From the NCBI GenBank assembly GCA_964399335.1, contig CAYNQI010000004.1:23592-52917 (forward strand): a stretch of DNA of 29,326 bases, given 5' to 3'. This document shows positions 1 through 7,242 of the stretch, in pieces. Below the pieces are notes generated by a model. The model was not told the origin of the DNA, made no database searches, and saw only the letters and a program-made list of their open reading frames with translations. Each line of letters opens with the position of its first letter. Within the stretch, counting starts at the first letter, position 1. The DNA is from an uncultured Thermoplasmata archaeon. Its GTDB lineage: Archaea; Thermoplasmatota; Thermoplasmata; Halarchaeoplasmatales; Halarchaeoplasmataceae. The translations under genes were made by a program, and so were the position numbers.

Positions 1-349
1 CTTCCCCTTGAGAAGCTGATATTGTTAAAATCTTCATGCCGTCCGAATCTAAACCCTTGCTTTCAGCATTAGATTTAGCTTCTTCTAGAAGATCCCTTAT
101 CTTAGTTGCGGCTTTTTTAGGATATCCTCCAGGCCCAACACCTTTTTGATGAGCTATTTGTTTATTATGTTTTCTGTAAGGGACCGCTCTTTTACCTTCT
201 ATCACTTCATCTAACATATCTATCGCCATATCTACATCTTTACCTCTGACAAACCCACATATCTCCACAGACGTTTTTGGAGATATCTGTATATTTTTTC
301 CATAGGCTTTAGCGGTTGTTTCTGAGTCCGGATCCATAGTATATCCCAT
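1..349 (-). CDS. rpl22: 50S ribosomal protein uL22, truncated at the left window edge (not in ORF track)
   Basis: My translation from ATG at 349: MGYTMDPDSETTAKAYGKNIQISPKTSVEICGFVRGK...KGVGPGGYPKKAA...EAKSNAESKGL, an archaeal L22 pattern. GAGGTG SD upstream; follows rps19 in the canonical order. Confidence 0.93.
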   Translation of the reverse strand, partial: MGYTMDPDSETTAKAYGKNIQISPKTSVEICGFVRGKDVDMAIDMLDEVIEGKRAVPYRKHNKQIAHQKGVGPGGYPKKAATKIRDLLEEAKSNAESKGLDSDGMKILTISASQGE

Positions 350-361
350 TTTTTAAACACC

Positions 362-772
362 TCATTTCAACGGTATGTATTTCGAGGATCGTGTGGCACC
401 AACACCCGGACCAGAATGTTCAACTTTTCCTCTTGTCATGGAGAACTCTCCGAGATAATGTCCGATCATTTCAGGTTCGATTTTTACCTCTTTAAATTCT
501 TGTCCATTATAAACAGCAATTCTCTTTCCTACGAATTGAGGCATTATGATCATCTCTCTCCTATGAGTCCGGTAAACCTCTTTATCCTTGTTTTGAATAT
601 GATCTAAAAATCTTTTTTGCTCTTCATTTAATCCTCTTTCTAAGGACCTTCTTGCTCTTGCTGGAAGTACTTCTTTCAACTCCGAAAGTGACATCGATCT
701 AAGTTCATCAAGAGTATGACCTCGATAAGTAAACTCTTTTTTCTTCCTAGCTGACAATTTTTTTCTAGCCAT
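362..772 (-). CDS. rps19: 30S ribosomal protein uS19
   Basis: EFTYRG, RTHRREMII, VYNGQEF, EMIGHYLGEFS, GATRSSKYIPLK motifs; operon position. Confidence 0.97.
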   Translation of the reverse strand: MARKKLSARKKKEFTYRGHTLDELRSMSLSELKEVLPARARRSLERGLNEEQKRFLDHIQNKDKEVYRTHRREMIIMPQFVGKRIAVYNGQEFKEVKIEPEMIGHYLGEFSMTRGKVEHSGPGVGATRSSKYIPLK

Positions 773-774
773 AA

Positions 775-1509
775 TTACTTCCTCCTTTCCTTAACATCTT
801 TCTTTTTCTTCTTTTTCTTCTTCTTAGAAGAAAGTCTACCAACTTTTCTACCTGGTGGTGCATTTGCTGAAACTGTAGAGCCAACACCAACATGCTGGTG
901 ATCTCCGCCACCATGTGGATGATTAACTGAATTCATAGCAATTCCACGAACCTTTCGAGGCCTTTTAGCTTTACTCTTATAGGCATTGAATCTCTTACCT
1001 GCTTTAGCAAATGGTTTCTCCTTATGACCGCCACCCGCAGTGATACCGACTGTAGCTCTGCATCTTCTATCTACACTCTTAAAAGAACCAGAAGGTAAAC
1101 GTAATGTTGTATATTTTCTATCTTGTGAAATTATAACAGCATTTTCACCTGCAGCCTTAACTAGTTTTCCTCCATCTAGAGGTTCTAATTCAACATTATA
1201 AACAAACATACCGACCGGAATTTTACTAAGAGGTAGAACGTTTCCTTTTTTAATTTCTGCATCAGACCCTATTTCTATGGTTCTACCAACTCTTAATCCA
1301 TGATTAGCGAGCATGAACGTGGTTTCACCGTTATCAAATACTACCTCTGCAAGTGGTGCAGTTCGACCCGGAGCATGATGTAAATCAATAACCTCTCCCT
1401 TTGTTTCCTCCTTCTTCGGATAACCAGGTTTAGCTAAATGCCTATGACTAGGTGAACGATAAGTCGGTGAGCCTTTTCCTCTTCTTTGTGGTATTATCCT
1501 TTTTCCCAT
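775..1509 (-). CDS. rpl2: 50S ribosomal protein uL2 with a poly-Lys C-terminal tail
   Basis: MGKRIIPQRRGKG start, VRGIAMNSVNHPHGGG, PPGRKVG; operon position. Confidence 0.97.
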   Translation of the reverse strand: MGKRIIPQRRGKGSPTYRSPSHRHLAKPGYPKKEETKGEVIDLHHAPGRTAPLAEVVFDNGETTFMLANHGLRVGRTIEIGSDAEIKKGNVLPLSKIPVGMFVYNVELEPLDGGKLVKAAGENAVIISQDRKYTTLRLPSGSFKSVDRRCRATVGITAGGGHKEKPFAKAGKRFNAYKSKAKRPRKVRGIAMNSVNHPHGGGDHQHVGVGSTVSANAPPGRKVGRLSSKKKKKKKKKDVKERRK

Positions 1510-1519
1510 TTAAAACACC

Positions 1520-1789
1520 TCAGAATACACCTATCCTCATACCGATCTCTTCAGCTGAATATTCATCAGTAAACTTAACAGTGGCTCTTTTCCCATGTTG
1601 GTCGATACGAGTATTCACTTTATCTACCTCAGCTTCAAAAAGTTCTTTAATCGCTTCTTTTATCTGTTTTTTATTAGATTTTAGTGAAACAATAAATTCA
1701 AGTTTATTTTCTTCTTCCATCTTAACCATTGTCTTTTCAGTTACGTATGGATAAAGAACGACTTTATGAGGGGAATCAAATTCAACCAT
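1520..1789 (-). CDS. rpl23: 50S ribosomal protein uL23
   Basis: PYVTEKT, NKLEFIV, KQIKEAIKELF, KVNT, YSAEEIGMRIGVF. I prefer ATG at 1789 (MVEFDSPH) over the track's TTG at 1798, which lies inside rpl4. Confidence 0.94.
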   Translation of the reverse strand: MVEFDSPHKVVLYPYVTEKTMVKMEEENKLEFIVSLKSNKKQIKEAIKELFEAEVDKVNTRIDQHGKRATVKFTDEYSAEEIGMRIGVF

Positions 1790-1791
1790 TT

Positions 1792-2556
1792 TTACCAATC
1801 CTCCATCTGTTCAATTGCGCTTTCACTAAATATAGATAATCTGCCCATCTCTCCACCAGGAGCTAAATCCTCTACTGTAATTTTTTCTGGACTCCTGACA
1901 GTGACACCTGGTAGATTTGAAAATGCATCTAGACCTTTACTACCTTTAGAAAAAACAACCAATAAACTATTAGGTCTTTTATATTTCCTACCTCTACGTT
2001 TACCTTTCCCCGGTCTGATCTTCTTTCCATCTTTTGCCCTTTTTATATCAGAGTACACGCCTATTTTCTTTAAAAATTCGATAGCCTCATTTGTTTTTTC
2101 AACATCCTCAATATCTTTTTTAACAATTATAGGCAAATCTAAATTTTCGCCATCGAATCGATGCCCTCTACCAACCACTAAATTCTTGTCTGATGTCGCA
2201 GCCAAAGCTGATCTTCTAGCTTTAGCTCTTTCTTTTTTGTTTACTTTCTTACTCCTGTCTTTTTCTGGTTTAGGAGGGTGTGCTCTTCTACCGCCTACAT
2301 TTGGAGGTGATTCTGCAGCTCTGTTACCATGTTGTGTGTATCTCTGTACTCGAGAAATACCCTGCCCTTTACCTACGGATTCCGTCGCATGTCTCATACC
2401 TGCTTTTTTGGAAGGACCATAAGGCTGCATCCTATTTGCCTGCTCTGCTTCGACTGTCCTTTTAATAATATCCGGTCTGATTTCCTCATCGAATATTGTT
2501 GGAAGGTTAAACTTGTTTTTTTCCTCCCCGTCCTTTCCATATATCTTCGTCTTCAT
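1792..2556 (-). CDS. rpl4: 50S ribosomal protein uL4
   Basis: IRPDII, ANRMQPYG, GGRRAHPPK, KVNKKE, VVGRGH, RPGKGKRRGRKY, LAPGG motifs of archaeal L4. Confidence 0.97.
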   Translation of the reverse strand: MKTKIYGKDGEEKNKFNLPTIFDEEIRPDIIKRTVEAEQANRMQPYGPSKKAGMRHATESVGKGQGISRVQRYTQHGNRAAESPPNVGGRRAHPPKPEKDRSKKVNKKERAKARRSALAATSDKNLVVGRGHRFDGENLDLPIIVKKDIEDVEKTNEAIEFLKKIGVYSDIKRAKDGKKIRPGKGKRRGRKYKRPNSLLVVFSKGSKGLDAFSNLPGVTVRSPEKITVEDLAPGGEMGRLSIFSESAIEQMEDW

Positions 2557-2560
2557 CTAA

Positions 2561-3559
2561 TTAGACCCCCTGCTTACTTTCTGTAGAAATGTAAGTTAAG
2601 TTCGGTTCTTCAACTTCTACACCAGTTTTACGGATCTGTCCTCTCATAAGAACCAATCTCTTAGCCGGGCCAGGTACGGTACCATGCAACAATACATAAG
2701 AATTGCCAACTTCACCATACTTTAAAAATCCACCACTAGGAGTTATCTCAGATCCATCTTCACCCGTTTTCAATACCCTTTTATTTAATTCTGTTCTTTG
2801 ATGATACCCCATCTGTCCCGCTTGCGGTACAGTAGGTCTGATATATCCTGGTATGAAAACACCTGTAGTCCCTATATTACGTTTAGATTTACTGTTTTTA
2901 TGGGATAATAGCTTCACACCCCATCTTTTGATATGACCTTGGAAACCTTTACCTTTAGTTATAGCTGATACATCCACCATATCTCCTGCTTTACCAAATT
3001 TAGAAAATTCTAAGTCTTTACCTAGTATTTCCCTACCCTTATCTATTCTTTCCTGGATAGTCCCCCCACCGATTCGCAATTCCATGATCTCCGGTTTCTT
3101 TTTAGGGAGGCCTGAGACCATTTCGGGATGTGTGTGGGCGATGATTCTAACTTCGTCAACAAAATCTTCATCAATATTTTCCCACATCCTTTCAGTATCA
3201 TAACTATTGGGTATAGGTAAGTTCTTTTTCAGTGATTTATCTACTTTCTTTGCCCAAACCTCTCCCATGGTTTTTAAACCCTCATGGGTTTCTCTATAAA
3301 ATCTTACGCCACAAACAGTAATTGGTGGAACTTCAATTACAGTTACAGGCACTCTAACTTCCTGACCAGAAGTTGTGCTTGTAGGTCTGTAATCAACTAC
3401 AAATGCATGTGTCATCCCTGCTTTATAACCGGGAAAGCCCTGCACTTTTGTAGTTCCATCTGTTTCCGGCCAAGAACGAACCTTGGGGATCATACTGGGT
3501 GCTCTTTTTCTGGGGGAATACCCCATAGAACCTCTACGTGGATGATGTGTGTCTACCAT
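2561..3559 (-). CDS. rpl3: 50S ribosomal protein uL3
   Basis: HPRRGSMGYSPRKR, GYKAGMTH, TKGKGFQGHIKRWG, VPQAGQMGYHQRTELNKR, GTVPGP; GAGGTG SD at 3565-3570. Confidence 0.98.
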   Translation of the reverse strand: MVDTHHPRRGSMGYSPRKRAPSMIPKVRSWPETDGTTKVQGFPGYKAGMTHAFVVDYRPTSTTSGQEVRVPVTVIEVPPITVCGVRFYRETHEGLKTMGEVWAKKVDKSLKKNLPIPNSYDTERMWENIDEDFVDEVRIIAHTHPEMVSGLPKKKPEIMELRIGGGTIQERIDKGREILGKDLEFSKFGKAGDMVDVSAITKGKGFQGHIKRWGVKLLSHKNSKSKRNIGTTGVFIPGYIRPTVPQAGQMGYHQRTELNKRVLKTGEDGSEITPSGGFLKYGEVGNSYVLLHGTVPGPAKRLVLMRGQIRKTGVEVEEPNLTYISTESKQGV

Positions 3560-3720
3560 AGGTACACCTCAATCTAATATGAGTTGCGAAACGTACAAAT
3601 GATGTACGTTCAAGCTAGAAGGATAAATTGACCTTCCTGCTCATGTCCATTGACCGTGACGTGCTTTGTGTGGGATCCCTATAGGATTGCCCATCACGTC
3701 TGGTCAAAGGCTGAATACAA
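3560..3720 (-). promoter_or_regulatory. Long structured 5' leader of the rpl3 operon (candidate ribosomal-protein autoregulatory leader)
   Basis: Three stem-loops visible: a nested long hairpin at 3651-3706, GAAGG/CCUUC at 3618-3636, and AACGUACA/UGUACGUU at 3590-3610. They lie between the TATA box (3741-3749) and the SD. Confidence 0.55.
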
Positions 3721-3740
3721 CAACCCATTACAGGGGTCTG

Positions 3741-3749
3741 TTATATAAA
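3741..3749 (-). promoter_or_regulatory. TATA box of the rpl3 operon
   Basis: Minus strand reads TTTATATAA; it is the only strong TATA in the rpl3-HDAC intergenic gap. Confidence 0.65.
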
Positions 3750-3770
3750 CCTAACGGTATACCGATATGC

Positions 3771-4808
3771 TCATAAATTCCACCAAGGTTGTAATATCCC
3801 TTTTAGATCACTTATGGTTGTGACAAGAGTATTTTTAGGTTCCTGCCCAGGTTCACCTATTTTCTGATCAGAAGGTGTATCTATGTCAAGATCTAATACT
3901 CCTTTCAAAATAGAGATCCATCCTTCTAAAACCCTTCTACCATAACCAGATAACATAAGATCTATGTGGGGTGCATTAACTTCACGAGCGATATCTGCCG
4001 TACTTCTGCCTAGATACTCCAATCCCCTCATATCTAAGGCTAAATCAGTAAGAGAATCTGAATGATGTGGGTCTGAGCCCCCATTTCTGATGATTATATC
4101 CGGATTATACTCTTTTATTATTGGAAATATAACTTCTTGGAAACTATAATGATATTCTGCTATGTTGGAATCCCTAGGTAATGGGATATTTATTGTAAAA
4201 CCTTCTCCAGAATCGTTCCCTATTTCTTCTATATTACCCCTACCCGGATAAAGGGTCTTTGGGTCTTGATGTATAGAGATGAATAGTACATCTTGAGTTC
4301 CATAAAATATATCCATAGTTCCATTTCCCTGATGGGCATCCGTATCTAACACACATACTTTTTTACCTTTATTAACAAGGTACTGCGCAGCTACAGCTAC
4401 ATCATTGAATAAACAAAACCCTTCACCTTTTTCCCTTCCAGCGTGATGAAGGCCACCGAAATTGATTAGTGTTTTATACCTTTTACTCAGTTTTGCAGCC
4501 TGTAATGTTCCACCAACTATCCTTCTAGCAGCTTCAGGGGCATACTTTGTTACAGGTGTATCTGGAGAGACTCTTCCACCTTCTTTGGCCAACTTTTCAA
4601 CTTTATCTATGTATGAAATAGGATGTACCAAACAGAGTTCTTTATTCTCTGCTCTTGGAGACTCCATAATGTTAAGAGCATTTTTCATAGGCTTATTCTC
4701 TTTAATCAACGATATAAATTTTGGAAAACGATCTGGATTGAAAGGATGAAAATCCCCGAAAAAATAGTTGTCATAAGCTTCATGATAAAATAGTGGTGTT
4801 TCATTCAT
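3771..4808 (-). CDS. Zn-dependent histone deacetylase / AcuC-family deacetylase
   Basis: GGLHHA, GFCLFNDVA, DTDAHQGNGT, SIHQ, YPG, GSDPHHSD and C-terminal SGY catalytic Tyr. Confidence 0.9.
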   Translation of the reverse strand: MNETPLFYHEAYDNYFFGDFHPFNPDRFPKFISLIKENKPMKNALNIMESPRAENKELCLVHPISYIDKVEKLAKEGGRVSPDTPVTKYAPEAARRIVGGTLQAAKLSKRYKTLINFGGLHHAGREKGEGFCLFNDVAVAAQYLVNKGKKVCVLDTDAHQGNGTMDIFYGTQDVLFISIHQDPKTLYPGRGNIEEIGNDSGEGFTINIPLPRDSNIAEYHYSFQEVIFPIIKEYNPDIIIRNGGSDPHHSDSLTDLALDMRGLEYLGRSTADIAREVNAPHIDLMLSGYGRRVLEGWISILKGVLDLDIDTPSDQKIGEPGQEPKNTLVTTISDLKGILQPWWNL

Positions 4809-5766
4809 TCTTCTTCCTCCTTTTGTTAGCTATAATGTGTGCATTTCGAATAGGATTTGGGATCTTGTAATCGCAATAATTTTTTACAACATCCAAAGAA
4901 GTATTAAATGAAATCTCATTACCTGGCGAAATATATATTGGATTCTTTGCTCTAGAACTACTTAGATAAGCATAGCCTATTATTTTTCCATTATTAGTAA
5001 TTTTTTTAACTGGTTCTTCATGAGAAACATCACCATTAATTTCACCGGTCAATTGACTTTTTGCTACACCTATCGTTGGTATGTCCATTTCAACACCAAG
5101 ATGGGAAGCCAAGCCAATCCCTCTTGGGTGAAGTACACCATTACCATCCACTAGTACCGCATCTGGCGATATATCTGAGGTTTTGATCAACTTTTTTAGT
5201 ACAGGTAGTTCTCTATATGCCAAATAGGTGGGTATATATGGAAAAGAAATCTCCATTTTCACAACAACATTATCGATCTCATCATTTTCATTCCAAATAG
5301 AAAGAGAACCATAAGCCTTTTTTTCACCGTACGAAACATCTACACCACCTATTATCTCTGGGTTTTCTACTTGGTCAACGATTTCGATCTTTTCTTTAGC
5401 TTTATCTTGTTCACCTCTGAGCTCTTCCAATACTGGTCTTGCTTTGAAATCAGTAAACAATACTTTATCAAAATTTTTAATTCGACCTCTTTTTACAATT
5501 ATTCCTTCACCATCTAACAATTCTTTTTTCTTTTCTACACCCATTCCAAATCCACCGATTTTACCTGTGGACATTACAACCCTGTGACAAGGTACTATGA
5601 TAGGTGTTGGATTTTCGTTCAACATCTTACCTACTGCACGAGAAGCTATCTTATCCCCTAAAGCTTCTGCTAAAACTCCGTACGTTGTAACTTTACCTTC
5701 AGGTATCTGCTTTACTATATCGTAAAAATAACTTCTGAACTCTTCAACTATTTTAGGTATAGGCAT
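4801..5766 (-). CDS. Bifunctional O6-alkylguanine-DNA alkyltransferase / endonuclease V fusion
   Basis: N-terminal TYG...SRAVG...NP..IIVPCHRVV with active Cys; C-terminal GVDVSY, YIPTYLAYRELP, VDGNGVLHPRGIGLASHLG, IGVAKS, PIYIS, PIRNAH. Confidence 0.93.
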   Translation of the reverse strand: MPIPKIVEEFRSYFYDIVKQIPEGKVTTYGVLAEALGDKIASRAVGKMLNENPTPIIVPCHRVVMSTGKIGGFGMGVEKKKELLDGEGIIVKRGRIKNFDKVLFTDFKARPVLEELRGEQDKAKEKIEIVDQVENPEIIGGVDVSYGEKKAYGSLSIWNENDEIDNVVVKMEISFPYIPTYLAYRELPVLKKLIKTSDISPDAVLVDGNGVLHPRGIGLASHLGVEMDIPTIGVAKSQLTGEINGDVSHEEPVKKITNNGKIIGYAYLSSSRAKNPIYISPGNEISFNTSLDVVKNYCDYKIPNPIRNAHIIANKRRKKNE

Positions 5767-5785
5767 CTAATGTTAAATCAATATC

Positions 5786-5833
5786 ATATAATAAACCATT
5801 TTCGATTTTCGGGTCTTTAAAAAACTATAAAAG
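5786..5833. promoter_or_regulatory. Back-to-back TATA boxes for AGT-EndoV (-) and the 171-aa orphan (+)
   Basis: Minus strand TTTATTATAT at 5786-5795, 20-29 nt before the ATG at 5766; plus strand TATAAAAG at 5826-5833, about 28 nt before the ATG at 5861. Confidence 0.5.
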
Positions 5834-5860
5834 CATAGTAACATATCGTTTGATGAAACA

Positions 5861-6376
5861 ATGAAAGTAGAAGACGAATTGAACGATATTAAAGAAAGAT
5901 TAGAAACGATCGAACGATATCTGAAACTTAATGCTAAAGAGAACCTCGAAGAAAGTATAGTCAAACGATTGAAGAGAGATTACGGAAAAACGGTTTGTGA
6001 TGACCCAAGAGAAAAGATAAGGTCCTATAGAAAGATCAACCTCGAAAAAGAAGAGGGAAATTATACATTAAATGGTGAACAACTCCCACGGTCACAATCA
6101 TTTAAGATGGAAAATGAGGTGAAAGAGCTTGGCTTTCAAGATCTAGATGAGTTAGTGGAACTTTCTCAAAAAGAGAGAGATAAGATATTAGATAAAAAAT
6201 TACAGGAATGGGAAGAAAGAACAGACCGAGAGGATAAAGAACATGTAAAACAGAGATTAGAGGAATTGATCGAGGATGAATTCTTTACTTTAAATGATTC
6301 CGATGACCTGATGGACCTTATGGATCAATATGAATCAGTTATTGACCAGCTAAAGAAACTAGAGGGAAGACTATAA
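5861..6376 (+). CDS. Hypothetical acidic helical protein (171 aa)
   Basis: Open frame fills the gap with no competing long ORF, has a TATA upstream and is E/D/K/L-rich; no family recognised. Confidence 0.75.
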   Translation: MKVEDELNDIKERLETIERYLKLNAKENLEESIVKRLKRDYGKTVCDDPREKIRSYRKINLEKEEGNYTLNGEQLPRSQSFKMENEVKELGFQDLDELVELSQKERDKILDKKLQEWEERTDREDKEHVKQRLEELIEDEFFTLNDSDDLMDLMDQYESVIDQLKKLEGRL

Positions 6377-6398
6377 TATCCCACATAAGTTGAAAACC

Positions 6399-7160
6399 AT
6401 GATAAAGAAAGGAGATAACGTAATACTTTGGAAGAAAAACTGGATGACTTTGATTTATGTGGATGGGAGAACCAAAAAAATATCTGGGATCGGTATTATA
6501 GATACAACAAGGATGATAGATAAAGAATATGGGTGCAACATACAGTTAGGACGAGATGAATATAGGTTATTACAACCAGCTATCAAAGATGGAGAACATT
6601 TTTTTAAAAGAGATGCACAAATTATTTTACCTAGGATCGGTATCCAGATAACCTTATATTGTGACATATTCTGCGGTAGTAAAGTCGTCGAAGGAGGCGC
6701 AGGATCCGGGATGCTTACTGCACTACTTGGTAAGTGCGTGGGTAGGGATGGAGAGGTTACAACTTACGAACTGCGAGATGATCACATTCAGACAGCTAAA
6801 ACTAATATTGAAAAGTTAGGTTTAGACGATAGATGTGAAATAGTAAAAGGCGATGTAACTAAAGATGTAGAAGAAAGAGATGTAGATGCATTTATTGTTG
6901 ACATACCAGAACCATGGAAAACTGTCTCTATGGCTAATAAGGTATTAAAAAATGGAAAATTTTTTGCAGGTTATATACCATCGGTAAATCAAATGGAGAA
7001 AACTGTTAAAGAATTGAGGAAACAGAACTATATAGATATAAAATCTTTCGAAAGCTTTGAACGTGAGATGGTTGTTCAAGACAGAGGAGTTCGACCTTCT
7101 TTTGATATGCTAGGCCATACTGGATATATCGTTGTAGGTAGAAAATCCAGCGACAAATGA
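6399..7160 (+). CDS. trmI: tRNA (adenine-N1)-methyltransferase TrmI (m1A57/58)
   Basis: KRDAQIILPR, VVEGGAGSG SAM motif, YELRDDH, VDIPEPW, FDMLGHTGYI. Start is ATG 6399 or TTG 6390. Confidence 0.9.
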   Translation: MIKKGDNVILWKKNWMTLIYVDGRTKKISGIGIIDTTRMIDKEYGCNIQLGRDEYRLLQPAIKDGEHFFKRDAQIILPRIGIQITLYCDIFCGSKVVEGGAGSGMLTALLGKCVGRDGEVTTYELRDDHIQTAKTNIEKLGLDDRCEIVKGDVTKDVEERDVDAFIVDIPEPWKTVSMANKVLKNGKFFAGYIPSVNQMEKTVKELRKQNYIDIKSFESFEREMVVQDRGVRPSFDMLGHTGYIVVGRKSSDK

Positions 7161-7242
7161 GGATTGAATTATATATACACTAATCGTAAGGCTTATAACT
7201 GATTTCACAAATTGACGTTCGAATATCAACGGGGTCAATAAT

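Noticed and set aside
1766-2422. 218-aa + strand ORF
   Set aside because: Antisense shadow of rpl4; no SD and no recognisable motifs
3600-3720. tRNA or other known ncRNA gene in the rpl3 upstream hairpins
   Set aside because: No cloverleaf, no TTCRA T-loop, no box C/D pair recognised; better explained as a 5' leader
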